Assembly (NCBI GenBank): GCA_002938255.1
Contig: PTLB01000003.1
Location: forward strand, 1 to 34,386
DNA: 34,386 nucleotides
Source of the DNA: Alphaproteobacteria bacterium MarineAlpha5_Bin3
GTDB taxonomy: Bacteria; Pseudomonadota; Alphaproteobacteria; HIMB59; GCA-002718135
Direction: 5' to 3'
Below the pieces are notes generated by a model. The model was not told where the DNA came from, did not search any database, and saw nothing but the letters and a program-made list of their open reading frames with translations. The translations under genes were made by a program, and so were the position numbers. The number at the start of each line of letters is the position of its first letter. Positions within the stretch are counted from its first letter, which is position 1. Shown here one piece after another: positions 1-6,903 of the stretch.

Positions 1-156
1 GTAAATATTATACTTATTTCTGTAATGTTTTTTAAATATTTTTTGTGGATATATAATTTTATGTTTACCGATAAGTTGATTAATATCCTCCCAATTATGA
101 TATAGTTTTACGGATTTGGCGGCTACAAAAGCTACTCCAAGTGATGAGTGTTTTTT
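1..156 (-). pseudogene. C-terminal fragment of an FGGY-family carbohydrate kinase (runs off the window edge)
   Basis: The minus-strand frame reads KKHSSLGVAFVAAKSVKLYHNWEDINQLIGKHKIIYPQKIFKKHYRNKYNIY, which resembles the FGGY C-terminus (SxLGAAxxA...W...P...Y..Y). An in-frame TGA at 159-157 precedes it, so the upstream part of the gene is missing. Not in the ORF track; family call is by eye. Confidence 0.55.
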
Positions 157-184
157 TCATAAGTTAATATTACCCCATCTAAGA

Positions 185-336
185 CAATTATACCACTTTG
201 AAATCCCCCCTATTTGTATAGTTGCAGACACTCTCTAGTCGCAAATTCGTCAAAAACGAGAAATTACTGCAGACACTTTTGAAAAAGTCTTATATATTGC
301 GACTTGGGGAACATAGTTTAGGAAACAGAGCGCCCC
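185..336 (+). repeat. Non-coding element copy 1 (putative att remnant)
   Basis: Aligns along its length with 1450-1614; the terminal 30 nt (307-336) match 1585-1614 at 29/30. Internal direct repeat TGCAGACACT at 223 and 268. Confidence 0.85.
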
Positions 337-344
337 GCTACAAT

Positions 345-785
345 TTATAGTTCGTAAACTTCCCAATTAGTTTTTTTTGAAACTCTGTCATATAGAGATT
401 TTGCTCTTAGATTATCATTGCGCGTTATCCACCTAACCAAACCCCATCCTTTTTCTTTAGAAATTTTATCTAATTTTAAAATAAGTTTCTCACCAATTTT
501 TAAACCTCTGTAGTCAGGAGAAACAAACAAATCATCTAAAAAACCAATATCCTTTCCTCTTAAAGGACTTGGCATTCTTCTGTAATGAGCAAAGGCAACT
601 ATTTTTTCTTCAAACTCACAAATCAATCCATTAAGTTCATGCTGTTCATCTGTCAACCAACTCCATATGGTATTTAATATAGTCTGTGTCATTTCAACTT
701 TATAAAACTCAGCATAACCGTGATAGAGTTTTTGCCAGTCTTCTTTATCGTTAAGTTTTATGCTTCTAATAAATGTTGTGTCCAT
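345..785 (-). CDS. GNAT-family N-acetyltransferase
   Basis: Acetyl-CoA binding motif LDDLFVSPDYRGLKIG and C-terminal NLRAKSLYD. Start moved from 821 to the ATG at 785 (MDTTFIRS) because the extra codons lie in the repeat element. Confidence 0.9.
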   Translation of the reverse strand: MDTTFIRSIKLNDKEDWQKLYHGYAEFYKVEMTQTILNTIWSWLTDEQHELNGLICEFEEKIVAFAHYRRMPSPLRGKDIGFLDDLFVSPDYRGLKIGEKLILKLDKISKEKGWGLVRWITRNDNLRAKSLYDRVSKKTNWEVYEL

Positions 786-922
786 AAGACAATTTATAGC
801 ATAGCACGAAGTCTCCTGCAAAAGTCCTGCAAAAATATTGATTTCCTTACACGAAGTTTTTGAAAATGTGTTGGTTTTTGTGGTATAAATGACTAGAGGC
901 GAGTAACAGAACGCCCCATTTA
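785..922 (+). repeat. Non-coding element copy 2 (divergent member, putative att remnant)
   Basis: 905-922 AACAGAACGCCCCATTTA is identical to 1602-1619. CACGAAGT at 805 and 850; TCCTGCAAAA at 814 and 825; TAAGACAATT (785-794) is shared with 180-189; TTTTGAAAA lies at the same distance from the core as in copy 1. Confidence 0.7.
793..801 (-). promoter_or_regulatory. Extended -10 promoter for the GNAT gene (probably leaderless)
   Basis: Minus strand TGC-TATAAA ends 7 nt before the ATG at 785; no Shine-Dalgarno. Confidence 0.45.
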
Positions 923-950
923 TGACTAATAATTATTTTAGTATTATAAT
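922..950 (+). promoter_or_regulatory. Sigma70-type promoter for the lipoprotein gene (probably leaderless)
   Basis: ATGACT(922-927)-17 bp-TATAAT(945-950), ending 5 nt before ATG 956; no Shine-Dalgarno. Confidence 0.5.
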
Positions 951-955
951 TAAAT

Positions 956-1429
956 ATGAAAACCAAGTTAATTGCACTGTTTGTTATTTCTACATTTTTA
1001 GTTTCTTGTAATACTACGAGACCAACAGACGTAAAAAAATCTGACACCCAAAAAATTACTTCAATTAAATACGGTAATATTATTTCATCAATGCCTGTAA
1101 AAATTAAAGGTGAAGGTAGCGTAATCGGTGCAACAGCAGGAGGATTAATAGGCGGTCTTCTAGGTACTCAAGTATGCGGTGAAAAAGAAACTGCTGGAAC
1201 TAAATGTCAAGATATTGCGATTGTCTACGGAACGATAGGTGGTGCAACTATTGGATATGTTACAGAAGCATTATTAGGCAATCATGATGGTTATCAATAT
1301 ATTATTGACATTGATAATAACAGTGAAGATGTTGCCATAGTTCAAGGAAATAAAACTCTTTTAGAAAATGGTGGGAGAGTAGTAATTATCTATGGAGATA
1401 CAATCAGAGTTCTACCTTATACAGAATAA
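956..1429 (+). CDS. Outer-membrane lipoprotein with glycine zipper (SlyB/Pcp-like)
   Basis: Signal peptide with lipobox LVSC; two GxxxG-rich segments (GATAGGLIGGLLG, GTIGGATIG); SlyB-like C-terminal IVQ...GGRVVII. Confidence 0.8.
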   Translation: MKTKLIALFVISTFLVSCNTTRPTDVKKSDTQKITSIKYGNIISSMPVKIKGEGSVIGATAGGLIGGLLGTQVCGEKETAGTKCQDIAIVYGTIGGATIGYVTEALLGNHDGYQYIIDIDNNSEDVAIVQGNKTLLENGGRVVIIYGDTIRVLPYTE

Positions 1430-1449
1430 ACTTACCTTGAAATAAATTT

Positions 1450-1619
1450 CAATTATACCTCTTTGAAATCTCCTTATTTGTATAGGTAGCACACAGACAG
1501 AAGTCGCAAAATCATCAAAAACACGAAATCAGAGCACACAGAAAAAGCACACAGGCGCAAAAAACTATTATATTATGTGACATTGGGAACATAGTTTAGG
1601 AAACAGAACGCCCCATTTA
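1450..1619 (+). repeat. Non-coding element copy 3 (putative att remnant)
   Basis: Homologous to 185-336. AGCACACAG at 1488, 1533 and 1546; ends GGGAACATAGTTTAGGAAACAGAACGCCCCATTTA. Confidence 0.85.
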
Positions 1620-1625
1620 AAAAAT

Positions 1626-2261
1626 ATGTCAAAAAAAAAAATAGGATATGATGATGCTTATTCATTAAAGACACCCGAAGATTCCATAAAACTCTACAAA
1701 AAATGGGCACAAGCCTATGATGAAGATTTTGCTTTAAGTTCAAATTATCTTTCACCTGCTAAAATTTGTAGTTTTTTTAATAAACATGCAAGAAATACTG
1801 ATACTCCAATTCTTGATGTTGGTGCTGGAACCGGTTTGGTTGGTGAATGTTTAAATAAAACAGGCAATAAAAAAATCATTGGAATAGATATATCTCCAGA
1901 AATGTTGGAACAAGCAAAATTAAAAGGATGTTATTCTTCCCTAGTGAGTGCTAATGTTACAAAAAAAATTCCATTAAAAAATAATTCTGTTGGAGCAGTT
2001 GTAAGTGCAGGAACTTTTACTCATGGGCATGTGGGACCAGATGCTTTTGATGAACTCTTACGTATTACAAAACCGGGAGGATTATTCGTTTTATCCATTA
2101 ATTCAAAAGTATTTATCAAGGGTGGTTTTCAAGAAAAATTCTCAAGAATTAAAAACAGTATTTCTGTTCCTATTTTTAATGAATTTAAAGCTCATGGTAA
2201 TAATAAAGATGAAAACTTTAGCAAAATAAAAATATTTGCATCTATTTTTCGTAAAAAATGA
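1626..2261 (+). CDS. Class I SAM-dependent methyltransferase
   Basis: Motif I ILDVGAGTG, GIDISPEML, and RITKPGG. Confidence 0.9.
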   Translation: MSKKKIGYDDAYSLKTPEDSIKLYKKWAQAYDEDFALSSNYLSPAKICSFFNKHARNTDTPILDVGAGTGLVGECLNKTGNKKIIGIDISPEMLEQAKLKGCYSSLVSANVTKKIPLKNNSVGAVVSAGTFTHGHVGPDAFDELLRITKPGGLFVLSINSKVFIKGGFQEKFSRIKNSISVPIFNEFKAHGNNKDENFSKIKIFASIFRKK

Positions 2262-2292
2262 AAAATGGAAATTAATACAACAAACTGTTAAT

Positions 2293-3234
2293 TTAATTTT
2301 CCTGTAAACCCAACAAATGTTCTTTAATACTTTCCGATAGTGCCAATAAATCGTAACCTCCTTCCAAAAAAGATATAATTCTTCCTTGGCAATGTATATT
2401 TGCAATTTCTATAATTTTTTTTGTTAAATCATAATAATCTTTTGATTCTAAATTAATATGCGCCAAAGGATCTCTTTTATGCGCATCAAAACCAGCGGAT
2501 ATTAATATTATTTCAGGTCTAAATTTATCTATATTATTCAAAATTTTATTTTCTAATATCTTTATAAAATCCTTTCCTTCTGTTCCTGCTAGAATTGGTG
2601 CATTGAAAATATTTCCCATTCCTTTTTCCTGTTCTGAACCTGTGCCTGGAAATAATGGGAATTCGTGTATAGAACCATAAGCAACTGTTTCGTCTTTAAA
2701 GAAAATTTCTTGCGTGCCATTTCCATGATGAACATCGAAATCAATAATCGCAATCTTATTTATTTCATATTTGCTTTGTAAATACCTTGCAGTAACTGCA
2801 ACATTATTTACAAAACAAAATCCATTTGCTCTAACAGTTTCTGCGTGATGACCTGGTGGCCGAACAGCGCAAAATATTCTTTTTTCATTTTCCCTAATAA
2901 GGCTGTCTGCGGCAGCAATACCAGCTCCACAAGATCTTAATATTGCTTTTTTACTTTTGGGACATAAAAGTGTATCGGCATATGGCTCTTTTTCTATTCC
3001 CGTTAATCCAGAATTTGGAATTAATGAAAAAATATTGTTTATATGTGTTGATGGATGTACCAGATAAATATTACGAACATCTGCTAATGGTGCATTTTTA
3101 ATATCTATATCAATACTGCTTATATTTTGAATGGATTTAAGAATAATCTGTACACGTTCTTTTTTTTCTGGGTGATTTGGACCATTATCTTTGAGTAAGC
3201 AGTCTGAGTGTGTGTAAACAATTATTTTTTTCAT
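2293..3234 (-). CDS. Zn-dependent histone deacetylase-family (AcuC/APAH-like) amidohydrolase
   Basis: HPE, RPPGHHA, GFC, DFDVHHGNGTQ, FPGTG, SAGFDAH and LEGGY motifs; GGAG just upstream. Confidence 0.95.
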   Translation of the reverse strand: MKKIIVYTHSDCLLKDNGPNHPEKKERVQIILKSIQNISSIDIDIKNAPLADVRNIYLVHPSTHINNIFSLIPNSGLTGIEKEPYADTLLCPKSKKAILRSCGAGIAAADSLIRENEKRIFCAVRPPGHHAETVRANGFCFVNNVAVTARYLQSKYEINKIAIIDFDVHHGNGTQEIFFKDETVAYGSIHEFPLFPGTGSEQEKGMGNIFNAPILAGTEGKDFIKILENKILNNIDKFRPEIILISAGFDAHKRDPLAHINLESKDYYDLTKKIIEIANIHCQGRIISFLEGGYDLLALSESIKEHLLGLQEN

Positions 3235-3387
3235 TACTCCATCTTACATTTATTTTATTAGTTTCAAAATTCGTTATCCGTATTTGAATAGCTAGTACAC
3301 ACTTTAACTGAATACTCTTACGAAAAACTGTATATACTATGTTTAAGTGATGTTTCTTCTAATTACAGAACATAGCAATATTTAAAA

Positions 3388-3846
3388 ATGAAAATCCACT
3401 ATTCTCAAATCTTAAAAAAAAACATGCTAAATGTTTTTCGCGATGTTCTAAAAAATATAGAAGTAAATGGTTTGCAAGAAGGCCATCATCTTTATATATC
3501 CTTTAAAACAGATAATAAAAAAGTTGTTATTCCAAATTGGTTAAAGGAAAAACATCCAAAAGAAATCACGATAGTCATTCAATATGAATATTGGAATTTC
3601 AAAGTAAAAAATGACTCATTCAATATTGGGCTATCATTTAATGACATAAATGCAGACATATCTGTTCCATTTGATTCTGTAATCTCTTTTGCCGATCCAT
3701 ATGCAAATTTTGGATTAAAACTTATAAATGAAGAAATTAATAAAAAATTAAGTGACAAAAAACCAAAAAGAAAAAAATCTGTTATTAAAAAAAATAAAGA
3801 CAAAGATAATATAATCGAATTTCAAAAGTTTAAAAAATTAAGATAA
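3388..3846 (+). CDS. sspB: ClpXP protease specificity-enhancing factor SspB (alphaproteobacterial type)
   Basis: HHLYISFKT, P.EITIVIQ, LSFN, FADP and a C-terminal NIIEFQKFKK tail, typical of alpha-SspB. Confidence 0.9.
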   Translation: MKIHYSQILKKNMLNVFRDVLKNIEVNGLQEGHHLYISFKTDNKKVVIPNWLKEKHPKEITIVIQYEYWNFKVKNDSFNIGLSFNDINADISVPFDSVISFADPYANFGLKLINEEINKKLSDKKPKRKKSVIKKNKDKDNIIEFQKFKKLR

Positions 3847-4467
3847 ATATTTAGAATTCACAACTTTGCCAGATTCATAAGTTATAATAAATGGGCTGCC
3901 AGTTGGAATCTCTATTTTTGAAATTTCTTCTGCTTTATACAAGCCAACTTGTATCATCGATGCTCGCAGTGAATTGCCATGGGCTGCTATTAACACATCT
4001 TGACCCTCATTGATTTTAGGTTCTATAAAGTTGATAAAATATGGCTTAACTCTTGTAACAACATTTTCCAGACTTTCTCCTCCAGGAGGAGAAACATCGT
4101 ACGAACGGCGCCATATGCGAACTTGCTCTTTACCGTATTTATTAGCAGTCTCTTCTTTATTAAATCCAACCAAATCTCCGTAATCCCTCTCATTTAAACT
4201 TTGGTCTTTGGTCATAAGAAGTTGACCGTCACTCCAAAATTGTTCCAAGTTCATTTCTTTAATTGCTAACTCAGCCGTTTTGGTGGCTCTTTGCAAAACA
4301 CTACTGAAAATTACATCAATATGCACTTTATTTTTTTTCATTAATTGACCAGCGACTTTGGCCTCTGCAATGCCCTGTTCGGTCAATGGTACATCTTCCC
4401 ATCCAGTAAATCGATTTTCAAGATTCCATTGACTTTGGCCATGGCGTAAAAGGATAAGGTTATTCAT
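3838..4467 (-). CDS. gpmA: 2,3-bisphosphoglycerate-dependent phosphoglycerate mutase
   Basis: LRHGQSQWN, RFTGW, LNERDYG, WRRSYD and AHGNSLR. Confidence 0.95.
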   Translation of the reverse strand: MNNLILLRHGQSQWNLENRFTGWEDVPLTEQGIAEAKVAGQLMKKNKVHIDVIFSSVLQRATKTAELAIKEMNLEQFWSDGQLLMTKDQSLNERDYGDLVGFNKEETANKYGKEQVRIWRRSYDVSPPGGESLENVVTRVKPYFINFIEPKINEGQDVLIAAHGNSLRASMIQVGLYKAEEISKIEIPTGSPFIITYESGKVVNSKYLS

Positions 4468-4536
4468 AAAATAAATATTTTTAATTCAATGATTGAGTTT
4501 ATGTTATACAAAAATATAATTAAATTAATACAAAAA

Positions 4537-5922
4537 ATGAAAAAAAAATACAGAATAGAATTTGATAGTTTGGGAAGCAAAAAAATAGACTCTACCCAAC
4601 TATGGGGAGCACAAACACAGCGATCACTTGAAAATTTCAAAATTGGTAATGAAAAAATTCCAAAAGAAATAATCATTGCATTTGGTCATCAGAAAAAAGC
4701 TGCCGCTCTTGCCAATATAAAAATTGGCAAATTAAATTCTAAAATCGGAAAAGCGATCATTGATGCCTGTAATCAAATTATCAATTTAAAGCTTATTGAT
4801 GAATTTCCACTTTCTATCTGGCAAACAGGTTCAGGAACGCAAACCAATATGAATGCTAATGAAGTTATTAGTAATTATGCTATTAAAAAGTTGAAAGGGA
4901 AAATTGGATCTAAAAAACCAGTCCATCCTAATGATCATGTTAATCTATCCCAATCTTCTAATGATACTTTTCCAACAGTAATGCACATAACTTGCAATGA
5001 ATTGTTACAAGATAAATTAAACATATCATTACGTAATTTGATTAAAGAATTAAAATCTAAGTCACAAAAATTCAACAGAATTATAAAAATTGGTCGAACA
5101 CATACTCAAGACGCTATACCTTTAACATTAGGACAGGTATTTTCAGGATATTTAGAACAAATAAAAAATAATCAAAAAAGAATATTACAAGCTCAAAAAG
5201 AACTGCTTTATTTAGCCCAAGGGGGAACAGCTGTTGGAACAGGTATGAATGCTCCTAAAAATTTTGATAAAATTTTTTGTAAATACTTATCATTATTAAC
5301 TAAAAGCAAATATTTTCCTGCCCCTAATAAATTTGAATCCATTGCATCGCACGATCCCATGGTAAACCTATCTGGAAGTCTTAATACTCTTGCTACTTCT
5401 CTTTTAAAAATATCAAATGATTTACGTTTTTTAGCATCAGGTCCACGTTCAGGTTTAGGAGAGTTAAAGTTGCCTGAAAACGAACCTGGATCTTCTATAA
5501 TGCCTGGTAAAGTAAATCCAACACAAATTGAGGCGTTATCAATGGTGTGCACCCAAGTAATTGGAAATCACACAACAATTACTATTGCTGGATCGCAAGG
5601 TCACTTTGAACTAAATGCTTTTAAACCAGTGATTATTTTTAATAATTTACAATCAATACATTTACTTTCTGATTCAATTGACAGTTTTATTAAATACTGT
5701 CTTCGAGGTTTAAAGCCAGATGTTTATCGAATAAAACAACATTTAGATAATTCTTTAATGCTTGTCACTGCTTTGAATGAACATATAGGGTATGACAATG
5801 CTGCAAAAATTGCAAAAAAAGCTTTCAAAGAAAACTTAACACTTAAAGAAGCAGCTATAAAACTTGGGATGATAGAAGCAAATGAGTTTGATAGGATAGT
5901 TCAACCAAAAAAAATGATTTAG
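4537..5922 (+). CDS. fumC: Class II fumarate hydratase
   Basis: WGAQTQRS, QTGSGTQTNMNANEV and signature GSSIMPGKVNP. Start placed at MKKKYRIEFD (4537) rather than 4489. Confidence 0.97.
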   Translation: MKKKYRIEFDSLGSKKIDSTQLWGAQTQRSLENFKIGNEKIPKEIIIAFGHQKKAAALANIKIGKLNSKIGKAIIDACNQIINLKLIDEFPLSIWQTGSGTQTNMNANEVISNYAIKKLKGKIGSKKPVHPNDHVNLSQSSNDTFPTVMHITCNELLQDKLNISLRNLIKELKSKSQKFNRIIKIGRTHTQDAIPLTLGQVFSGYLEQIKNNQKRILQAQKELLYLAQGGTAVGTGMNAPKNFDKIFCKYLSLLTKSKYFPAPNKFESIASHDPMVNLSGSLNTLATSLLKISNDLRFLASGPRSGLGELKLPENEPGSSIMPGKVNPTQIEALSMVCTQVIGNHTTITIAGSQGHFELNAFKPVIIFNNLQSIHLLSDSIDSFIKYCLRGLKPDVYRIKQHLDNSLMLVTALNEHIGYDNAAKIAKKAFKENLTLKEAAIKLGMIEANEFDRIVQPKKMI

Positions 5923-5929
5923 GTTTAGA

Positions 5930-6802
5930 TTAAATTATCTTGAAATTAGATTTATCTGAAAATATTTTACGCAAAAGTTGAATGTTTAAAAAATGGCCTG
6001 ATTTTTTTCCATAGAAATAACCTTGAATAGGTTTGCCAGCTAAGTATAAATCTCCTATTGAATCCAGCATCTTATGTCGAACAAACTCATCTTCAAAACG
6101 TAAACCTTCTTTATTTAAAATTTTTTTGTCCCCAACTACAACGGCATTTTCAAGTGAACCTCCGAGAGCAAATCCGTTAGCTCTCAAATAATCTACATCT
6201 TTTTCAAATCCAAAAGTTCTCGCAAAAGAAATATCTTTCTTATAGTTGCCATTAACTAATTGAAGTTGGCATGCCTGTTTATTAACTAAATGACTTGCAA
6301 ATTCTATTTCAAAATTAATTGCAAATTGTTTGTCAGGAAGAATTTTTGTAAAACTATCACCTTTGGTAACTACAACTTCTTTTTCTATCAAAATTATTTG
6401 GCGATCAATCTCTTGTTTTACTATACCTTTACTTTCAAATAATTCTACAAAAGGTAATGAACTACCATCCATGATGGGAACTTCAGGTCCATCAATCAGT
6501 ATATTTACATTATCAATATGCATACCTGATAGAGCACTCATTAAATGCTCTATAGTAGATACTGAAGCTCCTTCTTTATTTGCAATAGTTGTACATAGGT
6601 TCGTTGAAGTAACATTTGACCATAATGCATTAATGATATTGCTATTTTTTTGATCAGTTCTTATAAATCTTATTCCATTGTTAATTTCTGCTGGCTCAAT
6701 ATTTATAGCTACTTTCTTTCCTGAATGTAAGCCTACACCTGATAAAGATATGCTCGAATTTATTGTTTGCTGTTTTTTAGATGTATTTGAGCTTGCAATC
6801 AT
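5930..6802 (-). CDS. lpxC: UDP-3-O-acyl-N-acetylglucosamine deacetylase
   Basis: GVGLHSG, TIEHLMSAL, EVPIMDGS, ARTFGF and RHKMLD; follows ftsZ. ATG at 6802 preferred over the GTG inside the hairpin. Confidence 0.97.
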   Translation of the reverse strand: MIASSNTSKKQQTINSSISLSGVGLHSGKKVAINIEPAEINNGIRFIRTDQKNSNIINALWSNVTSTNLCTTIANKEGASVSTIEHLMSALSGMHIDNVNILIDGPEVPIMDGSSLPFVELFESKGIVKQEIDRQIILIEKEVVVTKGDSFTKILPDKQFAINFEIEFASHLVNKQACQLQLVNGNYKKDISFARTFGFEKDVDYLRANGFALGGSLENAVVVGDKKILNKEGLRFEDEFVRHKMLDSIGDLYLAGKPIQGYFYGKKSGHFLNIQLLRKIFSDKSNFKII

Positions 6803-6808
6803 AAATAT

Positions 6809-6836
6809 AAAAAAAGTGCTGTCCTGCAGCACTTTT
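6809..6836 (-). terminator. Intrinsic terminator-like hairpin downstream of ftsZ
   Basis: AAAAGTGCTG-5 nt loop-CAGCACTTTT perfect inverted repeat; the 6-bp GC-rich stem is followed by T7 on the minus strand. Confidence 0.7.
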
Positions 6837-6903
6837 CTTAAATATATATATTTTTATAGTTTCACAATTAACTGAATATTACTGATTATTTCAATAAATT
6901 TAG

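Noticed and set aside
185-336. IS or MITE
   Set aside because: No terminal inverted repeats, target duplications or transposase seen; internal repeats are direct and all copies share one orientation.
831-843. IHF-like site AATCAATATTTTT (minus strand) in element 2
   Set aside because: One mismatch to WATCAANNNNTTR, not clearly conserved in copies 1 and 3, and likely by chance at this AT content.
847-1047. 66-aa minus-strand ORF
   Set aside because: Antisense to the lipoprotein gene and runs through repeat element 2; no recognisable motif.
1437-1452. Palindrome TTGAAAT-AA-ATTTCAA after the lipoprotein gene
   Set aside because: Almost all AT with a 2-nt loop and not conserved in copy 1; too weak to call a terminator or operator.
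185-1619. CRISPR array or classical integron attC array
   Set aside because: Units are 0.6-0.7 kb apart with whole genes between, and no cas genes are present. The elements lack the RYYYAAC...GTTRRRY ends and long dyad symmetry of attC sites.
3235-3387. tmRNA gene directly upstream of sspB
   Set aside because: The gap is 153 bp and very AT-rich, with no T-arm/CCA or tag reading frame; too short for ssrA.
4489-4536. N-terminal extension of FumC (similar extensions in GNAT, LpxC and Ddl)
   Set aside because: Longest-ORF artefacts; family-typical N-termini begin at downstream ATGs.
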